Shown here in pieces: positions 35,857 to 49,662 of a stretch of DNA of 64,000 nt (position 1 is the first letter of the stretch; every line of letters starts with the position of its first letter). The DNA comes from Pseudogymnoascus verrucosus (Eukaryota), in assembly GCA_001662655.1 (NCBI GenBank), contig KV460244.1. One strand, 5' to 3'. A model generated the notes under the pieces. The model had not been told where the DNA came from and made no database searches. It saw only the letters and a list, made by a program, of their open reading frames with translations. Both the position numbers and the translations under genes were made by a program.

Positions 35857-38800
35857 ATGGGCCACCTTATCACCGTTGCGACATGTGTATGCTCCTCTCC
35901 CTGTTTCCCCTCGTTGAAGGTCTCAGCTCACAACTATATGTAGAGTTTGAACCAGTGGGCTCTCGACTTTCAGGGCAACCTGCAAAGAATTATCGAAAGC
36001 ATCAAGAAGGCGAAGCTGGCTGGGAGCAAGCTCAGAGTGGGCCCGGAGTTGGAAATCTGCGGATATGGGTGCTTAGGTATGTGTTATTCTTCTGCATATG
36101 CACCCTGGATAGGAAACCAATTAACGGCTGCCGCTTAGATCACTTCCTCGAGGATGACACGATATTGCATTCATGGGAATGCCTGTCGGAGATCATTGAG
36201 CACCCTGACTGCCAAAATATTCTCTTGGATGTTGGTATGCCGGTGAAGCACAAGGTATTCGCATTCAATCCTCTAATGATGCCCTACGCTTTCTTGGGTT
36301 CCTAGTAGGGCAAGGCTCTCATTTCGAAATTACTAACTATCCGGTTCTCTAGTCTGTTAGATACAATTGCCGGATTATCATTTACAATAAGAAAATTGTA
36401 TGCAACTTCTCCCTGCTTTGAAACAGTGACAAGACTCGTACTGACTCTGTTTGCCTCAGCTGCTCATTCGGCCGAAGTTGTCGTTGGCTAATGATGGAAA
36501 CTACTATGAGATGAGATACGTATGTTGCGTTTCCTGCCCCCAGTTTTATATGAGACCGACGGACACAAATACCCGAGGAAAACCATGCTGACTCCATATT
36601 CTAGTTTACGCCGTGGAAGGGGGTTCGAGTCGTGGAGGACCATTACTTGCCTCGCTCTATCACCAAGATGTAAAATTCCCTTCCATTTCTGATGAATCTA
36701 CGCTGACTATATGTTCGTTTAGAATGGGCCAGAAGACGGCGCCAATCGGGGTAGGGGATCTAACAGTAGACATGAAATGGCATGAGATTGGCTAACCTGT
36801 GTAGGACGCTCTTATTTCTACTTTAGATTCTGCTCTAGGATGCGAGACATGTGAAGAGCTGGTAGGTATCCACATATGTCCATCCTGCAGGGCGTGATGT
36901 TGATTTTTCTGTAGTTTACGCCCCAAGCGCCTCATATTGCCATGGGATTAGATGGATGCGAAATCTATACCAACTCCTCCGGAAGCCATCACGAATTACG
37001 CAAGCTTCACACGAGGGTTGAGCTAATCGTCTCAGCAACTTTGAAAAGTGGTGGCATATATCTGTATGCCAACCAACAAGGATGTATGCTCTGCACACTT
37101 CTATATCCTATTCCATTTAACGCTGACACATAATCACAGGTGACGGAGACAGGTTGTACTGTAAGTACGCCCGAATTATGAGTTGATCTATACTCATAAT
37201 ATTTAGATGATGGCTGCGCCCTTATTGTTGTCAATGGGAAGGTCCTTGCTCAAGGCAGCCAATTCTCCCTGAACGACGTGGAAGTTATCACTGCTACTAT
37301 TGACTTGGAGGAGGTTAGATCGTACCGCGAACATAAAAGCCGAGCCATGCAAACTCGAGACCAACCAAAGTATGAACGTATCGAAGTGGAGAGTAAGCTA
37401 TTTCTATTTCCCATGGGCGATATAGTAGAGGTGCTAACGTAGCATTTAGTGTCCCTGTCTAGTGAAGTCGATGAGATTGACCTTTTGCTGCACCCATCAC
37501 CTGCTCGAGCCGTTGTGTACAATACTCCCGAAGAAGAAATCGCATATGGCCCCGCGTGTTACCTGGTAAGTCTTTGCCACTACCTGATCTGATACCTTGA
37601 CTGAATTGAGACACCTTTAGTTCGATTATCTCCGTAGATCGTAAGTCCACCCAGGATTCTAGATTGCCCATTTACTGACTATTGGCATTGTAGAAAACAA
37701 GCCGGGTTTTTTTTGCCGCTTAGTGGTGGAATCGACTCCTGTGCGACTGCTGTTATCGGTATGTGATATTTGAATTCGTTTCATCCAGCGGTCAAACCAT
37801 CTAAAAAGTACAAAGCTAACTACTATGGTGCAGTCCATTCTATGACACGTTTGATACTCAGAGCAATTCAGCTGCAAGAGAACCCCCAGGTTCTTATTGA
37901 TCTTCACCGCATCTGTGGTGAAAGCGAAGGGAGCACCTGGGAACCCAAGAGTCCACAGGAAATCGCCAATCGGATTTTTTGTGTATGAATCCCAGAGCTG
38001 ACACTCTCCACCATCACTTTTCACAGCAGCTGCAGCAGCTAATATACCGCAGACCGCCTATATGGGCATGGAGAAGAACAGTTCCCCAGAGACTCGCAAG
38101 AGAGCTGCAGATCTGGCAGCAATTATCGGTGCGAATCACTTGGACTTCGAGTGCGTCCCCTATTCCTAGACCCCGTTTCTGGCAACAAATTTGTGGTATG
38201 CTAATTTGAGTCCTACAGCATTGATCCCGTGTTTGACGCACAAGTTAAGCTTCTCACCTCGACCACTGGATTTGAGCCAAAGTTTAAGATGTATGGCGGC
38301 ACAAAAGTGTCAAATCTTGCCTTGCAGTATGTCGTCCACTCTATGTTCTCGACCTCAATCGAAAATAAGAAATTCCTTACTATTACATATATCTAACTCA
38401 CTTCCCAGAAATATACAGGCTCGCCTGAGAATGGTACGCGAATGCTCCCCTCGCCGGTCATCCAAGAACTTCACTCTGACACTGGGATTATAGGTCAACG
38501 CATACACTCTGGCTCAACTTCTTCCCCAGATCAACGGCCGCCGTGAAGGAGCTCCTGGAAGTTTGTTGGTGCTGGGAAGCGCTAACGTGGACGAACAAAT
38601 TCGTGGGTATTATACGTAAGCATACCATCTTGTCCGGAGCTTTATAACCAAACGATGCTAACAACAGCTTCAAAGGAAATACGATTGCTCATCAGCAGAG
38701 TAAGCTATCCTCCAATCCTGTTTAACCTATAGTTTCTCTAACTGAAGTGTGCTTCAGCATCAATCCCATCGGCGGCATATCCAAAACGGATCTGAAAAGC

Positions 38801-39599
38801 TTCATTCATTGGGCTTCCCAGAAAGACAACTTTGGAATTGGCCTCCTCCAGCAATTCTTGGATGCGCCGCCCACAGCTGAGCTTGAACCTTTGACCGAGG
38901 ACTATGTCCAGGTACGTGACCACATGACCATTATTGCAGTTTGTAACGTAGGGTTGATACTGACAATGCGCTTTAGGAGGATGAGGCAGATATGGCAAGG
39001 ATTTTCACGTCACTCTGAACGAGGTGTATTCTAACGATAAACAGGGCATGACTTACAATGAATTGAGCGTGTACGGCCGCATGCGAAAGATTGAGTATGC
39101 CATTACCCCACTCTTTGACACTTCATGACAGCTAACACTGTGAAGCAAACTCGGAGTCTATGGCATGTGGGAGAAGCTGCTTCACGTTTGGGGTGACAAG
39201 CTTTCCCCTCAGCAGATATACGAGAAAGTGCGGTTCTTTTCGTGGAATTATGCGGTACGTACAAACCATTCCAATTGCCGTTTTGAATGAGCAGGAACTA
39301 ACTTGGCCGTCCACAGATCAACCGCCACAAGATGACAACCGTGACACCAGCGTATCATATGGAGGCCTATGGAGTTGATGATAACCGGTTTGATATGAGT
39401 ACGTGTTGTCTTGAGATATATCCCAGGAGAAATAACCCCGAACCCCTCTCGGAAGAAGTAATTGCTAACTCTCTCCTCTCGGACAGGACCGTTCTTGTAC
39501 CCTTCCTTTGAGTGGGCTTACAGGAAGATTGAGCGCAGTATCAAGCAGATGGGCGCAGCAGGTACGAGGGCTGCTGCGACTGAGGACAAGGACAATTGA
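35857..39599 (+). CDS. QNS1: Glutamine-dependent NAD+ synthetase (26 exons)
   Basis: Manual splicing gives [98 protein letters not shown] and NRHKMTT. Confidence 0.95.
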
Positions 39600-40063
39600 T
39601 ACGGTAACATATAAGTTGTAGTCATGTTCTTGGACAATGGCGTGGAAGAGTTTATTGTGAATATCTAAAGACAGACTTCCCCAGGATATAGCTTTATAGA
39701 CCATTAATGCTCATCGGCGCCATTATGAAAATAGACCAGCTTATAACAATATCCCAGCTCGCACGCATGCTGTAATCAGTAGTTGATGTGAACTTCGACA
39801 ACGTTAACTTCTGCGGGAATCAGTGTCGATGTCCTTGTTTTCTTTGGGAATTTCCATACAGAAGCTTACACCAGCACGCCTCTCCATAATTTCTAACTGT
39901 AACCCCGCATTTGCTGGTAGCTGTCGACCGGGGGGGGGATAAAAGTTCTAGCGAACTCAAGGCACTTAGTCAGCTTGGATTCGTGATAGAGATGTAGACA
40001 AACAACCCCAGACTTCGGAGCCTAATGCACTTCTCCTGTCTGCCATTTTAGATACACAACAAG

Positions 40064-41846
40064 ATGAAGCTGAAACTACAATCCCTGTTGCTCCGCGTGA
40101 AGTCGCACCACGACCCGCCTCTGTCGCGGCAAGAATCGATAGAAGATCGAAGCAGAACTATACGAAAGAATGTTTCAAGCTCAACTTTGGCCTCAGTGGA
40201 GACTAGTTCATTCAAGGTAGCTAAAACAGCTTTTATGAATTCTCATTCTAGTTTGAACTTCATGCATAATATCTAACTCATATTATCTCACTCGGCTTTG
40301 TGTTTTATAGCTAATGTAATCGAAATAGGGCCTAGATGGACTCCCTCAGGCCATTATACTCCATATTATTACTCATTTATCAATAATTGACATATTCTCA
40401 CTCAAAATGGCTGGGAGCAACTCTATCCTTACAGCTATCCACAAACCCCCACGTCTTTCACTCGTGAATTACCTCGAAGAGATTGAGTTATTTCGGCGTC
40501 AGGATATGCCAGACAAGACGCTACTGGATATCGCGGCGCTTATGGGCTACGATGCTCTTGTAACCGTGCTGTTAAAACGAAAACCACTGCCATCGATCGA
40601 CTCGATGTTATCTGCCATGGTCCACGCGTCTGCCCACGGTAACAACTCTGTCGTCAAGTTTTTTATAGGGTCAAAAACGAAAATTCTAGATCCTCAGTTT
40701 ACTTTCCGGCATAAAAGCCCCATCGCAGAAGCCGCCAAAAATGGCAATAGGTCTACCGTGAAGCTGTTACTTGCGTTGGGTGTCAGCCTTGAAAAGTCAC
40801 AGTGGTGCTCGGAGAGAATTGCTCTGATTGAAGCGGCGGAGCATGGATATGAAGACATAGTCAAACTACTTCTCACACAGAGACTAACAGACTCTGAATC
40901 TTGGGAGTATAACTCCGTTGCTCTGCGTCTCGCTGCAAAAGCAGGTTACTATGGCATTGTCGAGGAGCTTCTGGAAAATATAGGGAAAAATGATCTCGAC
41001 CACGTAGCAGTGAAAAGACGTGCAGTATCCATCATAGATTCACAGGACGAAGAGGGACGAACGACATTACATCATGGCGTTATGAATGGGCACGCAAAAA
41101 TCGTCTCCCTTTTACTCAATTCCGGGGCCAACCTCGAAGTGCAGAGTGCCAGGGAGCATTTCGCACCTTCAAGCACTATATACAATGCGCCGGTATGGAG
41201 TTATAGCGAAAACTGGACAGCACTTCACTTTGCAGCAGCATATGGCAAAGCTGACATTGCCATGATATTGCTTCAACATGGGGCAAATATTGACGCCGTG
41301 GACTCGCATGGCCAAACTTCCCTGCACCTTGCATCGACGAAAGGAACAGTAGAAACAGTCCGTGTTCTCTTAGACTACTATCCCAAGCTGGAGGCAATAG
41401 ATAATGTTGGTGCAAGAGCTTCACACAAAGCTGCCGCAAGTGGCCACTTAGACATTGTTCGTCTCCTTATCGATCAAGATTGCAGAATCAATGCTATCAC
41501 TTCACGTTTTGAGACCCTTTTGCACCTAGCGGTCAAAAATCAGCACACAGAGGTAGCTGCTTTCTTGATCGCCCATGGCCTCGATATAGATGCCGAAGAC
41601 TCCAGCAGAAGGACCCCCTTACACCTGTCAGCGTTGAACGGTGACTTACCTACTACCGAACTGCTTCTATCGTCGAACGCTTATTTGCAAACTAAAGACA
41701 TTGGAGGCAAAACACCGCTTCATTATGCGGCTCGGTACTCATCGAGGGTATATGATTTGTTATTGAGCCACGGAGCCAACCCCGACACAAAAGACCGACA
41801 GGGTGACACCCCTCAGTACGTGCTTGACCATGGTCCATATATGTAG
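40064..41846 (+). CDS. F-box plus ankyrin-repeat protein (exons 40064-40216 and 40329-41846)
   Basis: About a dozen ankyrin repeats (GRTTLHHG, WTALHFAA, GQTSLHLA, GKTPLHYAA). The in-frame segment upstream of ATG 40407 reads LDGLPQAIILHIITHLSIIDIFSLK, which is F-box-like. Confidence 0.8.
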
Positions 41847-42221
41847 TTATCCATCGTCTATTGCCGCCTCTCTCACTACGAATTCTTGTCGACCTCCTGT
41901 GTTGGAGAGCCGACAAGCCAAGTGTCGTCACACATACCGCACTACGAACAACTCGAATCCCCGCCTACTTCCAACAAGCTTTAACAGACGACTTGGAAAT
42001 TGTCAGCGTGGCAATGGTTTTACATTGTCGTTGTAATTATCAGCCTTGGGGAAGAGCTGTGGTAGAGATGCCACTATTGTCTCCGAGTTGTCTCCATTGC
42101 AGATGACTAAGCGTAACCTACCAAGCCGAGGCCCGATCCAGATATCCATTGTTGCCCCTCATTCGACATGACTTGTACCAGTAAAGATCACATTGAATTC
42201 TAAAGAAAATAAATCTTCAAA

Positions 42222-43104
42222 ATGCCAGTCTGCACTGTTCTTCTTCTCTCTCTCGCAGTGCCAATACCCCAATTCCTCTCCGCCGTTTCATCGTCCTCCA
42301 CCACCCCACTAACGATAGGAAGGGTCGTGCGCTGGATCATCCTGCCAAATTCGACTTCCACAGATAAACTACTCGCACAAAATATACATTGGGACCTGCT
42401 TCTCACCCTCCCTAATTCCGATCCTCTTCCTTCGGATCTGCAGAGATTGGTTCAGCACCAATGGATTGTCCATGCCGGAGTGTATGCACCCTGACCCCTG
42501 CGTCGAACCCTGAGAACCGCTTTGCGACTCATATTATGCCACTGAATAGGATTGCAGACTAATCAAACCCCACAGTCCCTCTCGCCTTCTCCAAAACTTT
42601 GAGGCCAAGAATGCCCAATTACTCAGCCCCAAAGCAGGCGACGTGCCAGAGTTAACTGGCTCGTTAACCAAGCCGCGCACTGCAAGTTCCTCCCAGAACC
42701 TCGAGCTGAGCCCTGAGCTAAACGACTGGATTTTCAAATTCGGAAATCAGGAAGGGAAAGGTGCTGTATCAATGCTCAATCTACTCGCTTTCGAGGAGGG
42801 AAAGAAGGAGGAGTATCTGAAGTACGGCGCTGAATTCGCGAAGTCGGTAGGCTCGCGGAGGGGCGGGACTGCAAAGATCGTCGGGACTGTGGTGCGTCAG
42901 GACGGTGACGGTGGAGAGGGATGGGATGAGGTCGCTCTGGCACACTATCCGAGCATTTGGCATTTTGCGGATATGCTGGCCAGCGAGGATTACCAGATTG
43001 TTAACCAGAAGTATAGGGTGGGGAGCTTGAGAGATACGTTTATTTTGTGCACCACTGAGATTGGGATTGAGACGGAAGCAGATAAGAATCATGCGAAACT
43101 GTAG
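42222..43104 (+). CDS. Conserved fungal protein with DUF1330-like C-terminal domain (intron ~42480-42575)
   Basis: VSMLNLLAF..Y.KYG..F...GG....G...WDEVALAHYPS...F.DM....YQ pattern. Confidence 0.7.
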
Positions 43105-43354
43105 TTTGGCATCGTAGAAGGACTTCCCAGTTCTCCGAGAACCTCCTCCTACATACAGTGTAAACAACGAGGATAGTTCAAATTTAGCACCAAGAGTGTA
43201 AAATCATAAAATGTCCAGTAATAAAACAAATAAAATTAGCCCATACGTCGAAGACATCATAATATTTCATTAGATCACTAAACTCCATTGTAAACCAAGA
43301 TGACCACCACAACACGTAGATAACAAACCTACCCATACCAGTGCAGTGTTTTAT

Positions 43355-45443
43355 TCACTTTCCAGTCTCGGACTTCTGACTGCTCAGCTTATTCATACCC
43401 CACGACGCAGATGGGCTTGGTGGCCCGGACATGGCACCAGCCGTAGAGTTGTTTCTAGTATGGGCTACTTTCTCGGCAATTTTCTGGTTCCATTCTTCTT
43501 CGTGTACCAATCTCATCTTTATAACTTCTTCCCTTTCCGATATCCCCGCCTGAACTATATCTGAATCCTGCGGAAGGCCAAGACTGTCATGTATGAGTGT
43601 AACTTCTGCATTTAGAACTTGCTGCTGGTCTTTGCCAGGCCAACTACCAGGGGGTGCCAGACCCACTTTCTGACCCTGAATCCGCTTCGTAGCAGTGATG
43701 ATTGGAAACAGGGTAAAAACTCCAGCTGCATTTCGCCTCATTGGACCTACTACTTGACTGCTATTGTCAACATAAAAGGGGGCATAATCAAGGGTTGCGA
43801 TCTTCCAGTCATGTTTGTTTCCTTGATTAAGTTTTGGATTGACAGTGAATGTCCGTTCGTCGGCTTGAGCAGAAGTCCAGACTGAGATTGCTTGTTTAGT
43901 GATCTGTAGAAGGTCGGCTTTGAACTGAAGCAAATCTAACGGGTCTAGTAACGGGCCAAGAACAGATAGAACGAGCTCCATAAGTTTGTCTTCCCTGCTC
44001 TGGATGGCATGTGCCACGCTCAATGGTTGGGACGGACTGTGTTGTGTCTGTGTATGAGCATTGGATATGGATTTAAGTGCACGCATCGTGACTGCTCTCC
44101 AGACATCTGCTGAACGACTAGTACCAACTGCGGCTCCTACATCCTGAAGAAGCTTAGACAATTTCGAATCATCCGTCGTTATATCGGAAGAAAATGGCTG
44201 CCAAACTGTACCATGTACAGCGTCTGCAATTACCCGCTGGGAATGGGCAATTCTAAGCTGCCTCGAAGTTTCGGTATTTGAGAAAGGGACATCGGAAAAT
44301 GTTACGTCAGCGACAGGAATTTCACTAGGCAAAGTTGCAACCTCCTTTACATTTGTTAGTTAGAACTACAGAACGATAAAGATCAAAATACCTCTTTATT
44401 TAAGTCTCTAGATAGATATCGGACGGCGATATTCTGTATTGCGCCTGAGATATTAAGGAATTCGCTTTGGCTATTCCATTGTGAGTTGCTATTGCCTTGC
44501 AAAGTGTCAGTTTGGGTTTAACTTACTAGTATTCGAGAGGTTCGCTGCTCAACGAAAATTCTTCCTGTAGATTCTTCAACTCTCCCTCAAGTCCTTCTAT
44601 GTCCTGCTTGTACACTTCCTTTAGCCTTTTCTCATCTTCATATTTCTGAACCTCTTTTTTCGACTGAAATCGCAGCTTGTCAATCTGCGCCTTGAGTTTA
44701 CCAATCGTCTCAAGGTCCTTTTCAGTTTTTGTTTTCAAATTTCCGAGTTCTTCCTCTTGGTCTTTCTTCCGCTTTTCTATGTCATTTTCTAGAGCTTTCC
44801 TTTGGGCACTGAACTTCTTATCTTGTTCTTCCTCTCGCCGCGATATCGTTTTGGTAACTTCGTCTTTCAATTTCGACTCTTGTTCCTTCAACCCCTCAGC
44901 TGCTGCTTTCTTTTGCCGTTCAAATTCTACTTTCTCTTGTTCTAGCCTCCTCCCTTCTGCTAAATTGGCCTCGATATCATCTGCGGCAGCTTTTTCTTTA
45001 TAAGCAGCTCTCTCATCTAGGACATCCAAGGCAGTCCGTAGATTTGCAATTATTATGTCTTTGTTCTCGACTTCCTTCCTTAGGCTCTCATATTTCTCTC
45101 GAAACTCCGGAATCTGAGTAATATCGTCTGCATGTTGGATACACGACGCAGTTATAGCTCCAATGGCCTTCTGAATATTTGACAACTGCTCAGACGCCCC
45201 GCGAAGCTCTTGAGCTAGAGGGCTTAGGTCTGTCTCCGGCTGGGAAACTGAAGGAGCATTGCTTGACTCGCGGTTGGTGCTGTTATTAGACTGGCTACCG
45301 CTTTGTCCGTTGGTCCTCGGTAGCTCATTGTCCGTGGTTGATGTGGTTCGCTTTCCACGTTGTTTATTTTGCGAAGGAGACTATGATAAATGATAATTAG
45401 ATAAAATTCTCAACAGACTTCAGATTTTTGAATTTCATACCAT
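43355..45443 (-). CDS. Coiled-coil protein resembling the fungal family often annotated as MEI5-like (4 exons)
   Basis: Long E/K-rich coiled coil (44526-45185) followed by a domain with PFSNT..SRQLRIA....IA......WQPF. Introns at 45381-45440, ~44472-44526 and ~44345-44392. Confidence 0.6.
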
Positions 45444-47215
45444 TCTTGCAATTGTGTCGTCTTGTTGGCTGTGAGTTCTACCAATTCCGATAGAGTTGGT
45501 CAGATTCCGTTTTAGACTACCAATTCTAGACGTCAATGGGGCGTTTCTGCGGGTTTTTTCTGTTCTAAGCGCCCTGGCTGGATCTTGACTCCGTGACATA
45601 AGGCGATAACTGATAGCTAAGAAGTTACGAGCTTGTTTGGTAATTGCAAGCGCGCATTCTCAGCAAGTAAATTTCAAGAGAATAAAGCTTCACAAGCAAT
45701 GGCTCATTTGACGTTTTAGTTTGATGACAGAACAGAACCATCTGATATAGAACGAGGCTGTATGTGATCTCTTCGTGGAAGTGGGCCCTAATAAAGCCTT
45801 GGCTACCCCCATTCAATTTTCATCCATAATAAATCAAGGCTTGCAGGTTTTAGAACGTGCCTTTATGTCACTGGTTGAGCCATAATCTCTGAGTAATTCG
45901 ATGTCGTATTGCATTGCAGCGGCGACATAAGACGGCTCAGTTGCCAACTGTTGCATCTTCGCCGATGAAAAGCACCCCGAACAGTGAGAATGTTGGACCA
46001 AAAAGATATTCGAGGGTGTACCATTAGGGAAATCTATTGGATTCTCGTCGCACCATCACTGAGAGGTTCGGTGTGGGGGCGCGTCTGCCTAGACGCGCAA
46101 GTCTGATGGTTCAATAGCTATGGGGACGCATGCCAACCATGCAGTTGGGATTTAGTCCTACGTGTCACCGCATCAATGGCAAGGCTCGAATGATCTAAGC
46201 ATTAGGGCAGCAAAATGTATCCAGTAGAGCAGTCTGCTGCAAGAGTCGCATGTTCGGATGTCCAGAACAGGCGGCGTGCTCATGCATGTGAATGCGGGTA
46301 TCCCGGCGGCCCGCATTCTACCAATTGATGTGGTGCGGAACGACCCTTATTCGTCGAAGATACACCCCAAACTGTGTAGCCCTGTCTGAACATTACCGAG
46401 GAGATGTTGTTAGTTCATCTGTACGAACCCCCTCATTTTCATATCCCATTCGCTAATATCTGCATGCGTCCGCCACAACTATCGTAGCTACATATTATAT
46501 ATCTGTAGCACATGCAGTTATATCCTAATGAAGCCAAGGACCGTATACAGCACATTGCTTCTCACCGAGCCTCGTCTGTCTCCTTCAGCTACCAACATAT
46601 GAAAGCTTCCATCCCAGTCTCATCTGGATGCACACAGGCATGACACAATAATCCTAAGGGACAATGAAACACAAATACAATAGTTTAAAGCCAATGAGGG
46701 AATTGCCGATGCTGTAACTGTAGAACTAAGCAGATGGACATGCACTGTCTTATATGTTTCTACATGATTGCAATTAATACGTTCTAACAAGTCAAATATA
46801 TTTCTGCGACGAAAAGTCTGGGGTATTTCGCGAGATTAGTCTAGAGTGCCTATATGGATGAAGTGCCTCGCTCTGTTCGAGTTCAAGCTGCCGACTAACA
46901 ATTACTAGCCACGGCACGCAAGTAGTATAGGCCAGAGCAAAGCACCTAATAGAGGACCGTGATTGTATACTGTGTTATAACCAACTGCTCCTCCATGATT
47001 CCACGCGCAGCTTTTTGGCTCCATGCAGATTTTCACTGTTAGATTGTCGTGCAAAGTGACCCTCCGTAGACAATGCCACCTTACTAGTAAAGCTTTCCAA
47101 CCTAGAAACTCCAGGAAGTAAAACAATCCCCCAAGAGCCTCTTATCAATACTAGGCACCTTCTAGTACCATTGATAAACATACTCCCAGCATCAGCATCA
47201 GCACCACCTCGACTC

Positions 47216-48942
47216 CTACCCCACCCTCGTAATAGAATCCCCAGCAAACTTAATTGTCCCATTCTCCCTCCCAACGACTGTGCTCCTCCCACTTGACGGA
47301 GCCGTATCATCCCTGGAAGCAGGGATCACAGTCCCGCGATTTAGTACGGCATCCTGTGGCGCAGAGATCTCGCCCGAGTGGGTCCGCTCTCTACGGTTAC
47401 GGTTTCGGCGACGGAGCTGGAAGGAGCGCGGCTCCTCGATATCTTCGATCTCGGACTCGCGCGTGGAGTCGAGGGCTTGGGAGATGGTACGGGGGAGGTA
47501 AAAGCCTAGCTTTCCAAGCGGGATGCTGATTCCGTGGACGACCTAAAGGTCTTAATGAGGATGATAAGGGGTAGGAGGGTTGAGGGAAACTTACGATGCT
47601 GCAAATTACAAGGAACCAGACGACGACATTTAACGTTTCTGCAAGCGATTCGGCGTCTGGTCTCTCGGCATCGCCAGTAGATAGCTCACGTAGAAATTCC
47701 CGTCCGATGTAGAGGTAAAATATGGCCGAGACGCCGATGGGTCCGAAGAAGCCGACGAACACTGCCTGTCGCTTCTCATCAATCTGATGGATGAATTTGT
47801 GCATGGCGAAGACGATTGGGAGGCGTCTGAAAGCCAAGATCAATAATCCAAGGAAGACTAGGCGGTAGAGGGGAATGACGTTATTGTTCAGGAACAACTC
47901 CCAGGGGCATGTGGCCCCGTACCACAGGAATACCGACAAGTTGAGAAGCATGTCGATTGTAGGCTGCAGCGAGTCATCCAGAGTCTCTAGACGGAACCAA
48001 TCGTCCCACGTGAAAGCATTTCCAGCAATAAAGCACGCAAGGACGTCGTCACTCCCAATCATTCCGCAAGTGCCGAGAATGAACAGAGCAAGCGCGATGG
48101 CAAAGACAAGGAAGCTTTCGCGGTCGACAAACCTCCGCTCCTCTGCCCAGTGAAGCAGCTGGTTTGCAGTCCAGCCGACAACAGCGCCGTATACGACACT
48201 AAGAATGATCGTGTAGGCCCAGGTCTCGTAAAACCATAGTCCCATCGCCTTTCCTGCACCACCTGTCTGGCCGAGGCCGCCCTCACCAGTATATTTGATT
48301 AGATATAGGGCGAGAAATAAGAACGGGTACCCAAGTCCATCATTCGCTCCAGACTCGGCGATAATAATCTTCTGCAGCTCCTTCGGCACATTCTTGTCCG
48401 CAAACTTGCCCTTGACGATGGAATTCGACAACACGGGGTCGGTCGGCGTGACACAGGCGCCCACCGCCAATGCGTGCAGAAATGGCAAGTTGGGCACCAT
48501 GGCCCATATCAGCAGACTACTGCACATCCACATAGTAGCCATAATAGGCCCGAGCAAAAGCGAGAGCGGTTTCCATTCTCGCTTCAGATACCGGCTGGGG
48601 AGCTGGACGCCAGCGAGGACGAGTTGGACGCCAAGGACGAGGCGTGAGAAGGCGAGCGTAATCTGCTCGAGGGCAATTTTATCGCCATTGGCGTATTCTA
48701 GTGGCCTAACGAAGTTGGTGGCAGGGGGAGAGAAGACAACTCCTGCGAGAAGGGATATCACTGAAACGGGGGGTCGTTAGTGGGGGTGCTGTGCTGCGTG
48801 ACATCATTCGCTGGGCTGGCTTACAGGCTTCGGAGAGATAGAATTTCTCCTTGAACAGGTACGAGACAAGCCCGAAGAGCGTGATGAAGCCGCCAAGAAC
48901 GGAGCATACAACATTGAAGTTTGTAACGGCGAGTGTAGGCAT
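47216..48942 (-). CDS. CPA1 Na+/H+ antiporter, NHA1/SOD2-like (3 exons)
   Basis: ACVTPTDPVL, AESGANDGLG.PF, GSDDVLACF and GFFGPIGV. The last exon VHGISIPL... ends at TAG 47216. Confidence 0.93.
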
Positions 48943-49648
48943 GCCGGAGCGAGATGTGCGGGGGGAACGAAGCTTATCGTGTTTCTGATCAGCGCAACCC
49001 CGAGGAATTGGCAGAGAGCAGCAAAAGGTGAAATATATGTCAAAACATAGGGCAATAATAAAGGAAGATAAATTTTATCTATGAGGGTTATTTCTTTGGT
49101 CAAGGGAGAATGATTTGCTGTGTGAAGTTGAGACGAAAAAGAAACTCGATTGGCGGCTGAGGCATCAAAAATCTTAGCGCCAAGGCTCTAAGGGACCATC
49201 GTCATTGTTTATTGTTGCTTGTTTGGGCAGGAACACGTGGGGGAAGGGAAGGAGCTCCCCACATGTGCCCAGGAAACCGTTCAACCCCCAACTTTCTTCA
49301 TAATTATCTCCTACTCCAAGTCTAATAGAATAGATTTATGGGTTTCTTAGTACCGGCGGCATTATAGACTATTATATTGGAAATTAGATGAAAGCCGTTT
49401 CGAGGAGGCTGTATCAAGCGCTATTAGCGCTTATTGTCGCGGAAAAGGCCCGACAATTACTCCGCCGATCAACCTTGCCGCGCTGACAGAAGGCCCGATA
49501 GCCCTTAACGTACCTTACCAAGGCCTAAACTGACCCATCCAAGACCCTCCAAACACCTTCATAATCATATATACCACAAATAATGGCGAATAATTTCCCC
49601 TAGACCCCTACGGTACACGCTACTGCACCCATTCAACTGGGTTGACGC

Positions 49649-49662
49649 CGGTAGTGCGGCGG
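49649..49662 (+). promoter_or_regulatory. Candidate AmyR-type CGG-N8-CGG site upstream of alpha-amylase
   Basis: CGGtagtgcggCGG about 400 nt upstream of the ATG. A CreA-like CCCCGC lies at ~49676. Confidence 0.3.

Noticed and set aside
45444..47215. 1.8-kb gene-free interval as a possible transposon or RNA gene
   Set aside because: No terminal repeats, transposase or RT motifs, or tRNA structure seen.
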